From NCBI GenBank assembly GCA_965222605.1, contig OZ244960.1:5120001-5184000 (forward strand): 64,000 bases of DNA, in the 5' to 3' direction. The notes beneath the pieces were generated by a model that saw only the letters and a program-made list of their open reading frames with translations, was not told where the DNA came from and did not search any database. This DNA comes from Candidatus Latescibacterota bacterium. GTDB lineage: Bacteria > Latescibacterota > UBA2968. A program made the position numbers and the translations under genes. Below, piece after piece: positions 55,630-64,000 of this stretch (positions within the stretch are counted from its first letter, which is position 1; every line of letters starts with the position of its first letter).

Positions 55630-56898
55630 CTATACCCCCAATAGATTCTGAACAAATAAATCGTCAATGCCCATTTCATTTTCCAAGAAAATCTTGATTT
55701 CATCACTATCTGCTGGCTTTGTTATCTTGGAAAATCCTTCATCATATCTCGCTATGAATAGGATACTTTCTAAATCTGCCTGTTTAACCATTTCTGGATT
55801 ATGAGTTGTTGCCAGTATCTGTCTATTTTTTGCTGCCTCTCTGAACATATCCATCACTCTTGAGATTAAGTAAGGATGGACATTTCTTTCGGGTTCTTCT
55901 ATAATAACTGCCTGTTTCTGTTGGAAGTAGAGCGCGATGATTAAAGCTATAATATTGACGGTGCCATCAGAAATCAAAGAGGCTGGTAGCCCTTCCTTTT
56001 CAGCATACTTTTCATGTAGCCTGAAGAATATGGATTTGTCCACTACCTTTTCCACATTTATATCGTGAATGAATGGCAGGATATCCCGAAATAAATTGAG
56101 AAATCTTCGTCTATCTTCTTTCTCCCCCATAATATTGTTAAGCACTATGGCGAGATTGCTACCATCCGTCGCCAATTCTGACAGACCTGTAATGGGTACA
56201 GGTTTCTTAGATAATTTGGGATCAAAGTCATAGATACCGATATTTCTAAATCCATCCAAAGCCGATTGTAGGTACACACCAACAACTGGTGACTCTATCA
56301 AGAGTGTTTTTTCATTATACGAAGGCGTTTCCCTGAAAATTGGCATACCGTCCAAGAATGAAGGTATATCTATATCGGGATTATTTGAGGCTATCCTTAG
56401 TGTGCCATCAAGATTGGAAAATTTGATGCTAAATTTTCTGGAATCAGGCATTGGTTCTGACTTCACACCCGGAATTTCGAGTTTTTCTTCATACTCAATG
56501 GAACAGATCACTGTTATTTTGTCTTGATCAATAGTGTATCCAATTTTTCTTGTATGAAATTTTAAAGAAAATTTATAGTCTATTTTATAAATTTTAAATG
56601 AGCGAGATTCTCGATGGCGTCCAGGCCAAAAACCCTCGGATTCACCCTGCATAACTACGCGAAACGAAAAGGGTTGGGACTGTGCGATCTTTATATTTCG
56701 TAGATACTCTACCCCGCCCTGAAGCGAAATTGCATTTTCCAATCCGTGATTAACAATATCTCTCAAAAATTGAAAGGCTTGAACGAGATTAGATTTTCCC
56801 GAGGCATTCGCTCCAACCAGTAAGTTGAAGTCGTTCAAGTGAATAGATAGGTTATCGAAACTCTTAAAGTTTGATATTTCAATTTTTGTAATTTTCAT
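55630..56898 (-). CDS. AAA_21/ABC-type ATPase (defence/toxin-antitoxin associated)
   Basis: I.ISNFKSF, Walker A GANASGKSN, DGSNLA.VL, signature SDGT, Walker B IEEPERNVHP, QILATTHNP. AT-rich. Confidence 0.88.
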   Translation of the reverse strand: MKITKIEISNFKSFDNLSIHLNDFNLLVGANASGKSNLVQAFQFLRDIVNHGLENAISLQGGVEYLRNIKIAQSQPFSFRVVMQGESEGFWPGRHRESRSFKIYKIDYKFSLKFHTRKIGYTIDQDKITVICSIEYEEKLEIPGVKSEPMPDSRKFSIKFSNLDGTLRIASNNPDIDIPSFLDGMPIFRETPSYNEKTLLIESPVVGVYLQSALDGFRNIGIYDFDPKLSKKPVPITGLSELATDGSNLAIVLNNIMGEKEDRRRFLNLFRDILPFIHDINVEKVVDKSIFFRLHEKYAEKEGLPASLISDGTVNIIALIIALYFQQKQAVIIEEPERNVHPYLISRVMDMFREAAKNRQILATTHNPEMVKQADLESILFIARYDEGFSKITKPADSDEIKIFLENEMGIDDLFVQNLLGV

Positions 56899-56991
56899 AT
56901 TCGCAGCCTTGGAAGAATAGGCTTAATCTCTTTTACCGCACGGCCTTGTCCCTATCCCTAAAAAAGATTCCCACAGCGATATTTCGTTGGC

Positions 56992-57762
56992 CTATTGAAC
57001 ACAGCTTTTGAGGGTGCGGGCGAATAAGTCGAGAACCGCATCCCATGATTTTTCGGCGGCGTCTTCGTTGTAGTGCGTTAAACGCTGGGGAAAGAAATAT
57101 CCGTGCAATGCGCCGTGCATAAAATCAATGCGATGTGGGACGTCACAGCGGGTGAGTTCGGTTTTGTAGAGTTGTAAGTGTTCTTCGGTCGCGCCAGCAT
57201 CCTGGTCTGCCCAGCCAAAGTAGCCTTCGGCTTTGAGTTTTGGAATGGCGAGGTGGGGCGAGTCTGAGGCATCGGTGACGAGTTTGCCCCCGTGAATGGA
57301 GGCAAAGGCGAAAACCTGGTCAGGATACGCCGCTGCTGCAAAGAGGGCGTGGCGACCGCCCATGCATGTGCCGATAGAGCCGACCCGTTGGGCATCGGCT
57401 TGAGGGTCTTCTTTGTCGAGGTGACGAAGCAGTGCGCCCGTGTCGCTGGTGACCATGGCATTGGTGGTGCTGGTATTGAGATTCATCGGGTGCAGGGGAT
57501 CTGTGTTTTCGAGATCGAGATCGCCGCTCATGAATTTTTCGGGGGCGTAGGACGGATCGCCCATGCGGTAAAATAGGGAAGGGAGTACGGTGTAATAACC
57601 CGCGCGAGCAAAACGACGGCACATGTTTTTCAGTTCGTCGCGAATGCCAAATATGTCAAAGTAGAAGATGACAGCGGGATGCGGTTCTTCGCCTTCTGGA
57701 TGAAAGACATAGGTGGGCATTGTTCCGTCTGAAGTCGCAACTTCAATGGTTTTTTCGATCAT
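56992..57762 (-). CDS. Dienelactone hydrolase family protein
   Basis: DG.MP.Y...P....HPAVI...D.FG.R, G.CMGG nucleophile, AS.HG, GA.HG, Y...AAE.SW. Confidence 0.88.
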   Translation of the reverse strand: MIEKTIEVATSDGTMPTYVFHPEGEEPHPAVIFYFDIFGIRDELKNMCRRFARAGYYTVLPSLFYRMGDPSYAPEKFMSGDLDLENTDPLHPMNLNTSTTNAMVTSDTGALLRHLDKEDPQADAQRVGSIGTCMGGRHALFAAAAYPDQVFAFASIHGGKLVTDASDSPHLAIPKLKAEGYFGWADQDAGATEEHLQLYKTELTRCDVPHRIDFMHGALHGYFFPQRLTHYNEDAAEKSWDAVLDLFARTLKSCVQ

Positions 57763-57846
57763 TGATTTGCCCTTTTAAGAAAATTACTGTATAGCAAAAA
57801 CTTACAACGTTTATTTTTTTAATGTTCTTGCCCCATCAGGCGTAGT

Positions 57847-58010
57847 TACTTACTGACGTTACGCATAGGCACACTATAATGCGCCTGTCATTCTAAGCGG
57901 AGCGTAGCGGAGTCGAAGAATCTATTACTTCAGGGGTAAAAGATGCTTCGTCAGCCTATCGGCTTCCTCAGCATGACAGAAACGCGAGACATGCGTAACA
58001 TCAGTTACTT
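57847..58010. mobile_element. MITE-like element of ~154 bp with 15-bp terminal inverted repeats, 5-bp flanking direct repeat and internal palindromic hairpin
   Basis: ACTGACGTTACGCAT (57852-57866) and ATGCGTAACATCAGT (57991-58005) are 14/15 complementary. TACTT lies on both sides. Internal CTGTCATTCTAAG..CGAAGAATCT pairs with AGATGCTTCG..CTCAGCATGACAG. Confidence 0.7.
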
Positions 58011-58130
58011 AGAAAATCAGAGCTATTTCCTATGTGCGAGATGGTCTTGCGAGCATATTCAAGACATAAAATAAAAGTTTGACCCATATTTTGAAAGAGT
58101 AATCTTGCCCTTTTTCAAATTCCAATCTGT

Positions 58131-58174
58131 CAAACAACAGCCGGATTCTCTAAGTGAGAACCCGGCTGTTTTGT
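58131..58174 (-). terminator. Rho-independent terminator
   Basis: AACAGCCGGATTCTC-loop-GAGAACCCGGCTGTT just downstream of the 58198 stop. Confidence 0.7.
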
Positions 58175-58197
58175 CGGTGAAGAAAACCTGAATCTGA

Positions 58198-60839
58198 TTA
58201 CTTCAAGATCAACATCTTGCGCGTGTTCGTAAATTCACCTGCGGTGATCTGGTAAAAATAAACTCCACTGGACACCAAACGCCCAAAGTCGTCCCTGCTG
58301 TTCCACACCACGCGGTAGCGGCCTGCGGGTTTGAACGCATTGACAAGCGTGCGAATCTCCTGACCCAACACATTGTATATCACAAGTTTGACCTGTTCAC
58401 TTTGAGGTAGGGAATAGGAGATAATTGTTTCCGGATTGAAGGGATTTGGCGCGTTCTGAGATAACGAAAATACCAAGGGCGTATCTTCTGTTTTCAAAAC
58501 AGTGGGTTTTGAGCTACTCGTGCCACCACTGGACACAGACGTATATTCCGCAGTGCCACCATATCTGCCCATGTTGATTGTTGAACTATCAGCCTCTGTC
58601 ATGGTTGGATCACCCGCATTGATTAAAGGTGAGCTTGTCTGAAGGTGATAATCGTAGTTCAGGCTGTCGGTATGCGCGACAAATTTTGGATCAACAGAAA
58701 CATTGCCTATATTCCCACTGGTGGTTGGCATGGCGGTATATACACCCTGAAAATCAGCCCTGATGCCGGTGCTCCAAACACATCACAATATTGAAGTGTT
58801 AAGGTTGGAGAGCTAAGGTGTGTCCCCGCTGTGTAAATACCTACAGTATTAAAAGCGACAATGGTGTTTTTAAACTTTAGGGAGAGCGTGTCTCCGTCCG
58901 CAGCGGTAAATCCTATCCCCTGTAAATTATCTGCAATAGTGGCATTACGCATTTCTACATACCCCGGCCCATACAGAGTCGCGCTTATACCCTTTCGATT
59001 GTAATACAGACCAATATTTGTCAGTGCTAATCGAGCTACGCTAACTCCTTCGTGTACTTTCATCCCAAAGTGGTTTGCAGACAAATCTGTTTCAGAAATG
59101 GTTGTTTTGCCTCGATAAGAAGTCACTTCGACACCGACTTCGGCATCGCTAATGACACAATTTTGGAGGGTCAATGTACCGCCCTCGTTGCGAATGCCAC
59201 CCCAATCGTCTTTGCTGGGGTTATAAAGGATGGGATCGTAGTCGGTTATTTCTCCGGTTTCTTCGTCCTTAATCTTAATTGCGCCCTCCCAACCCTCTCC
59301 GCTGGGATCAGTGCCATCAGCCCTGAATGATGACCGAAAAATAATGGGATTCTGGATATTGCCGCTTGCATTCAAAGTGCCACCATTTTGAATAACTATT
59401 TCAGACCTAATTGTGTCCAAACCCGACTCGTAAATATCCGTATCCGGGCGAAAGTTAATCACCGTCCCTTCTTTGATGGTCAAGGTCACACCATTTGGGA
59501 TAATTACATCGCCAATGAGATAAATCTCGCCACTCCAGGTTGTGGTTTTTGGCACAGTGTGTCCAGTTAAGGGTGTGCCAGTTGCAGATAGTATATTGGC
59601 AATGAACTCACGCTCCCACTTATTGTGCTTATTCGTCGTAGCATTATACCCCCAATCCCCTTCATGCCCTGTTTCCCATAAACGTGCGGGATATTTCTGC
59701 CCATCCTCCCAGGGAATGGGATCCGTGGGAGGATCACCAGACTTGTCCAAGGTGAAGTGTAAATTTTCAATCACTTCACCCTCCCTGTCAGGGTGAGGAA
59801 TCGTTGCACGATAAAACGACTGATAATATCCAACGGGATAATTGCCACCAAAATGCGATGATCCTTCTTCACTCAATGCTTTGAAATGTCTCGCCAATGT
59901 TCGAAAATCGTTCCAGTAAAGATGGTACACATTTCGATATGGTATGCTGCCAGCGATGTGGTATTGGATGACGACTGGTTTTCCATTTGTAAGGCCTTTG
60001 AGATCTTTAATATGCCCTGCACTTCCCCAAATATGGAGATCCGCAAGATTTGGGACCCAGATGTTATCTCCAGTTGTTGGGTGCTGGGTCGTAGAGATTG
60101 TTTGTGTCTCCACTCCCATTGTGGCGACATCTATCGGATAATCGCCTGATGTCAAAGCATTCCAATCGCACCCAAACTCCTCATAAGTCGGATTGCCGTC
60201 TCCTTTTGCACTAAAAACCCAGAGTTTTGGATATGAACCGACGATATCCAATGAATCGCATACTTCACGGATCGTGCGCTGATAATTTTTCAGGATTAAT
60301 GTCATTGTATCTGTCAAGGCATTAACCCGCTTTGTTTTAGAAGCCGCCAGATCATTGGGATCATCGGGGTACCTGTGTTTATAATACTCTTCGTTATATT
60401 CGAGATTAAAATGGAAGGCAGATATATCAAGGCTGTGCGTACCGAGCCAATTTGCCAACGAGTCTCGAAATGCGGACAGTGCAATGTCCATTGTATCGCC
60501 AGGCCAGGGTGCTATTCCACCCTCAGGCGGAGGTCGATCATCTGGAACGACAGTACCCCCTAATCCAATCATCAGTTTAAGATTGAGAGTGTTTCTAACA
60601 TATTTCATGTCAGATGCTGGTTCAGCACTCGATATACGGATCACCTCAAATCCAGTCTGCGATGCGGTGCGATTTTTTGCCCATTGATTTCCAAGAAAAA
60701 AGATACGATCACCCGGACCGATCTCTGTCACCGCTTCAACAGAAGAAATAGCATTTATCCCAAGAACTACACTAACTATAAGTACTCTGCACAAAAGATG
60801 AAACATCTCCAAAATAGGTTTCGGCCTGTTACAACGCAT
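58198..60839 (-). pseudogene. Large secreted protein (unknown N-terminal domain, right-handed beta-helix, FlgD-Ig/T9SS-type CTD) split by a 1-nt frameshift
   Basis: AGGAG/ATG at 60839 and a signal peptide. TTTWSG.IY..GDV.IP.GVTLTI..GT, G....PI.F.S, WGGI beta-helix motifs. At ~58759 the frame shifts (YCDVFGAPASG|ADFQGVYTAMPTT) into DPKFV..DYHLQ.SSPLINAGDP..NMG.YGG and LSQNAPNPFNP..RKMLILK. Confidence 0.75.
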
Positions 60840-60887
60840 TCTGTTCTCCTTCTTAAGTTTTAATGATTGTTCTTTCAATGCCTTTTT

Positions 60888-61667
60888 TCACGGTTGCGAG
60901 ACTTTTGGCCCTTCACGCAATATTCGCACGCCCAATTGTGGACTGCGCGCAGGGGTACCAGCAGGGACAAACCCTATAGAGCTTGCATGCCACGCTGACG
61001 TATCATAACTGCCGCCTTTTATATAACGTGTTGGATTTATTCGAGACCCGAGCCCGCTCTGTGTCCACTCCCACACATTGCCATATATATCATAAAATCC
61101 CCAGGGATTGGGCAGTTTAGTACCGACTATTTGCGCGCTATCTACAGCTTTGCCCCACCAGGCGTAGTCACTCAGAGAATCAGAGCTACTTCCAAAGAAA
61201 TAGGTTGTTATTGCACCTGCTCGACTGGCATATTCCCATTCGTCTAAGGTTGGTAAGCGGTAGATGCCGTCATCCTTAAGGTCTGTCAACTTTTTTGCGA
61301 AATCTCGTGCCTCAGGCCAGGAAATATTGTAGGCAGGATAAACCGGTTCCGTGAAACCAGTCTCCTCTCTTTGGGGCCAATGTGAAGTGTGCATAACTTG
61401 CTCCCACTGTTGCTGCGTGAGTTCATACTTCCCAAGATAATAGCCTTTGGGAATTTCCATTATCCTAAGGCCTCTAATAGTGTCCGGTTCAACCCATATA
61501 AAGGCCATTCTTACCCCACCCGGCAGGTCAATGATCAGGTCACTGGTCCTCGGTTTGGGGATGGATTCTGGCTCTGGTTCTGTTATCGGTTCTGGCTCAG
61601 GTCCTGTACTATTACCACCACAACTCAGGATGCAAAATGCAAGCAGAATGCACAAAGAGCGGTTCAT
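60888..61667 (-). CDS. Lipoprotein with FGE-sulfatase (C-type-lectin-fold) domain, non-catalytic type
   Basis: Lipobox ILSC, PE-rich linker, GKYE.TQ.QW..VM, P..N.SW..A..F, YRLPT..EWEYA.RAG, PNPWG.YD..GNVWEW, GGS, G.R. The FGE catalytic Cys residues are absent. Confidence 0.85.
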   Translation of the reverse strand: MNRSLCILLAFCILSCGGNSTGPEPEPITEPEPESIPKPRTSDLIIDLPGGVRMAFIWVEPDTIRGLRIMEIPKGYYLGKYELTQQQWEQVMHTSHWPQREETGFTEPVYPAYNISWPEARDFAKKLTDLKDDGIYRLPTLDEWEYASRAGAITTYFFGSSSDSLSDYAWWGKAVDSAQIVGTKLPNPWGFYDIYGNVWEWTQSGLGSRINPTRYIKGGSYDTSAWHASSIGFVPAGTPARSPQLGVRILREGPKVSQP

Positions 61668-61682
61668 GGCAACCTCCGCTAT

Positions 61683-62447
61683 TTAGCGGCTTGTCACATC
61701 GGTTTTCAACCCATTGACCAATCCGCGAAAGTCGCTCACCAACCAACTGTCTCCTACACGAAGCATTTGCAGGGTGAGTGAGCCTGGTGAGCGATTTTTG
61801 TAAGGACGACTCAACCGCGTGGCCTGTCCCACAATGTCATACTTCCATTGCGCTGTAACCGTGGCTGTCTGGCCGTGATACTGTATGCTTCCCAACTCAA
61901 TTACGATACGCACATCCTGGGGTAAGCCCACAAACATGCTCAGAAAGGTCTTGCGAATCTCTCGACGCTCCGCCTCTGTATAATCTTGCTCAGCCGTTGT
62001 GGTCACTGCGTGCCCTTCACTGAAGAATATGGAGCGGCGATCAATGCGCTGGTTGAGGATATGAGCGGTAGAGTCCGATTCAGTCGCTCCAATGGATGGG
62101 GTATCGTCTGTGGTTATACCGCTAGGAACAGATCCTGGATCCATAGGCGTCGCTGTACTGTCAGTGGTTGAACCCACTGGTCCGGGCACTGTGCGGTAGC
62201 TATCTTCGTCAATTGGTCCCGTCAATGCTCCCAACTCGAAATTTCTGAATTGTTTGACAAATATTTTTGCAGTATGCCAGATCAGTCCTTCGTCGTAAAT
62301 CTGTTGGGGTGACTTCTCGCTATTGGGAAATTGTTCCGCGATCTGGGCAATTGCCTTTGCGCGAAAAGATTGTTGTGCCTCGGCGGCATGGCTCAGCACA
62401 ATTAATCCCAGAATGGGTATCGTCCATTGTTTCAAAAATCGTTTCAT
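61683..62447 (-). CDS. Hypothetical exported protein (possible NTF2-like C-terminus)
   Basis: AAGGAG RBS, signal peptide ending AEA, S/T/D/P-rich linker, C-terminal TATVT...LQMLRVGDSWLVSD. Confidence 0.65.
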   Translation of the reverse strand: MKRFLKQWTIPILGLIVLSHAAEAQQSFRAKAIAQIAEQFPNSEKSPQQIYDEGLIWHTAKIFVKQFRNFELGALTGPIDEDSYRTVPGPVGSTTDSTATPMDPGSVPSGITTDDTPSIGATESDSTAHILNQRIDRRSIFFSEGHAVTTTAEQDYTEAERREIRKTFLSMFVGLPQDVRIVIELGSIQYHGQTATVTAQWKYDIVGQATRLSRPYKNRSPGSLTLQMLRVGDSWLVSDFRGLVNGLKTDVTSR

Positions 62448-62809
62448 CTAATCTCCTTGTTTGGGTTGTCCGTGTCAAAAAGTATTTATCCTGAATCTGC
62501 TATAGACCTGTCTTCGTCCCCTCAAAGCACAGACAGATCATATCTATCACTCCATTGATAAAAGTCAGCTTGTGTCATGTTGTCGTTGTCATGTTGTCCT
62601 CCTTCAGAGTAAAGGCATATTTCCTTGAGAAGTTGAATGTGAGTGTGGCACGAAGTTCTGTTTTTCAGACATTTGCTTGCATTTCTATTTTCCATTTTCA
62701 CCCATACATGATTATCATCTATCCTTATAGTTTAAATAAATTATAGAAGTCTAATTCATCGTTTAGGAAATAGGCTACATTATTTACTTCTCTTTGTCGA
62801 GAACTTCTT

Positions 62810-62847
62810 TTCACACAATTCACACAATTCACATAATTCACACAATT
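62810..62847. repeat. 9-bp tandem repeat x4 (TTCACACAA)
   Basis: ttcacacaa ttcacacaa ttcacataa ttcacacaa tt. Confidence 0.85.
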
Positions 62848-63089
62848 GAGGGACGCGATGAGATAGATGAGGCCCTTGGTCAATGGGATTTCCACGTTGC
62901 AAGATGCGTGCGTAAAATTGTTTTATAGTGCAAAATGCGTGCCTGAAATCGTTTCCAAATAAAAAAAACACTTGAAGATGCTCAAGTGCTTGAAAAACAA
63001 AGAGATAAATTTAGATAATTATTTGTGTTGTAAATGCTTATTCAAACAAAAATATATATAAATGGTTGATTTATATAAATATAAATAAA

Positions 63090-63133
63090 GTGTAAACAAA
63101 TGGATACACCTGTGTAAACAGATGGATACACAT
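63090..63133. repeat. 22-bp tandem repeat x2, each with GTGTA-N10-TACAC dyad
   Basis: GTGTAAACAAATGGATACACCT GTGTAAACAGATGGATACACAT. Confidence 0.8.
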
Positions 63134-63350
63134 GTTCAATGCCTATCTCAAACCTATTGTCCGTATCTGACGAGTTGAAGAGAATTATTAGCTGGGATGA
63201 TTTGTTCTCTGGGATAGGATTTCAGAGAGGCCAAAAGAGATGAGAAATCCTCTGCACTCATTAATATTACGATACCGCGAAAGTCTGTCACCAATCAATC
63301 GTCGTTTAACCGCAACATTCGTGGTATGATATCTGAGTAGGGCTTATACA

Positions 63351-63389
63351 AAAAGCCGCGAGAATACGCACTCGCGGCTTTTATTTTTT
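63351..63389. terminator. Rho-independent terminator
   Basis: AAAAGCCGCGAG-loop-CTCGCGGCTTTT-ATTTTTT, downstream of the HEPN gene. Confidence 0.75.
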
Positions 63390-63473
63390 ATGGCTACTGG
63401 ATCAACTTGAGATGATTACACCTACTGGAGGTCCCGTAAAAAAAGATATGGAAGGACGGGGCATAAAAGAAAG

Positions 63474-63893
63474 CTATCTACCTCTGATTTTGCGTTCATA
63501 CTCTCTGATCCCATTGGCAACAGTCGATCCCTGACAGTGCTGATCCAGCAAGTCAACTATGTTGCGTGTTCGGCGTATCCAAAATATCACAGTGTCTTTG
63601 TTTTCTGGCCTTGGATCGCGCATTCGATAATCTGCTGTGATTCTCAGACTGTGAAGGCGTTCCAAATTTTTTCCAGCGGTCTCAATATCTGAGTTCCCAC
63701 TGTTGCTTAGATATCGAGCCACTTCGCCATGATTCAGATTTTCCCAGGCCTGGTTCAGCTTTGCCAGATGTTCAAGCCCTGTATTAAATGCCGCATAATA
63801 GGCACGACTGATAGCCGTTCTCAAGTCCGCTGCTGTTGCCGAAGTCTTATTTGCCAATTCATTGGCTATGGTAAGAAAGTCCCTCGGATCCAT
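63474..63893 (-). CDS. HEPN domain-containing protein (putative toxin)
   Basis: DFL..A..L, RTAISRAYYAAF, H, L..L...R..ADY, typical of this HEPN class. Confidence 0.82.
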   Translation of the reverse strand: MDPRDFLTIANELANKTSATAADLRTAISRAYYAAFNTGLEHLAKLNQAWENLNHGEVARYLSNSGNSDIETAGKNLERLHSLRITADYRMRDPRPENKDTVIFWIRRTRNIVDLLDQHCQGSTVANGIREYERKIRGR

Positions 63894-63896
63894 AAT

Positions 63897-63998
63897 TTAT
63901 GATACAATATCGAATAGGATTGTAACAAGCCCCTCTTTGTCTCTTGGCGCAATTGCTATCCATTTTCGAATGAATATTTCGTCTTCTTCAAGGATTTG
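63897..63998 (-). CDS. C-terminal fragment of a gene directly upstream of HEPN (putative antitoxin or partner), truncated by the window end
   Basis: Open frame ...QILEEDEIFIRKWIAIAPRDKEGLVTILFDIVS-TAA ends 3 nt before the HEPN ATG. Confidence 0.5.
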   Translation of the reverse strand, partial: QILEEDEIFIRKWIAIAPRDKEGLVTILFDIVS

Positions 63999-64000
63999 CT

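Noticed and set aside
60888-61030. FGE C-terminus as a diversity-generating retroelement variable region
   Set aside because: The fold is a known DGR target type, but I found no template repeat or reverse transcriptase in this window.
60888-61667. FGE-domain lipoprotein as the sulfatase-maturing enzyme
   Set aside because: It lacks the catalytic Cys pair after GGS and is a lipoprotein, so it belongs to the non-catalytic FGE-sulfatase fold class.
62780-62971. 63-aa ORF with LCELCELCE repeat as a metal-binding peptide
   Set aside because: The motif is just the translation of the 9-bp tandem repeat. It has a TTG start, no clear RBS and lies in AT-rich intergenic DNA.
62810-63133. Repeats as a CRISPR array
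   Set aside because: The units are directly tandem with no unique spacers, and there are no cas genes.

Overview
Bacterial genomic DNA, probably from an FCB-superphylum heterotroph. This is an inference from the PorV-family barrel, three proteins with FlgD-Ig/T9SS-type C-terminal domains, DUF6785-type transporters and sulfatases; a Latescibacterota/Gemmatimonadota-like lineage is plausible but cannot be proven here. Positions 1-36.9 kb are a visibly GC-richer catabolic island of two convergent arms (+ strand 1-21219, - strand 36842-21298) with no regulator gene in the window. The island holds a secreted CTD protein plus a PorV-like barrel, two paralogous 662-aa membrane transporters, three hydantoinase/oxoprolinase A/B pairs (one B subunit fused to a class I/II aminotransferase), four neutral-ceramidase-like amidases, two CocE/NonD hydrolases, two DUF3604-like PHP metallohydrolases, an MlrC/M81 peptidase, a sulfatase, a threonine aldolase and a heavily deleted glycoside-hydrolase remnant. 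Positions 37-55 kb are lower-GC backbone: a PhoX-like secreted phosphatase, an EamA-sulfatase-SnoaL-DegT-amidohydrolase operon, an AT-rich methyltransferase between duplicated hairpins, an orphan IorA, a frameshifted DASS permease, nagA-SDR-dgoD-like genes and a three-gene MotA/ExbB-type module. Positions 55-64 kb are accessory DNA: an ABC-ATPase + TOPRIM-like pair, a dienelactone hydrolase, a MITE-like element, a secreted/lipoprotein operon with a frameshifted CTD protein, a repeat-rich intergenic region and a HEPN module. I saw no rRNA, tRNA, CRISPR array, integrase or transposase. All calls come from reading motifs by eye; no database searches were run.
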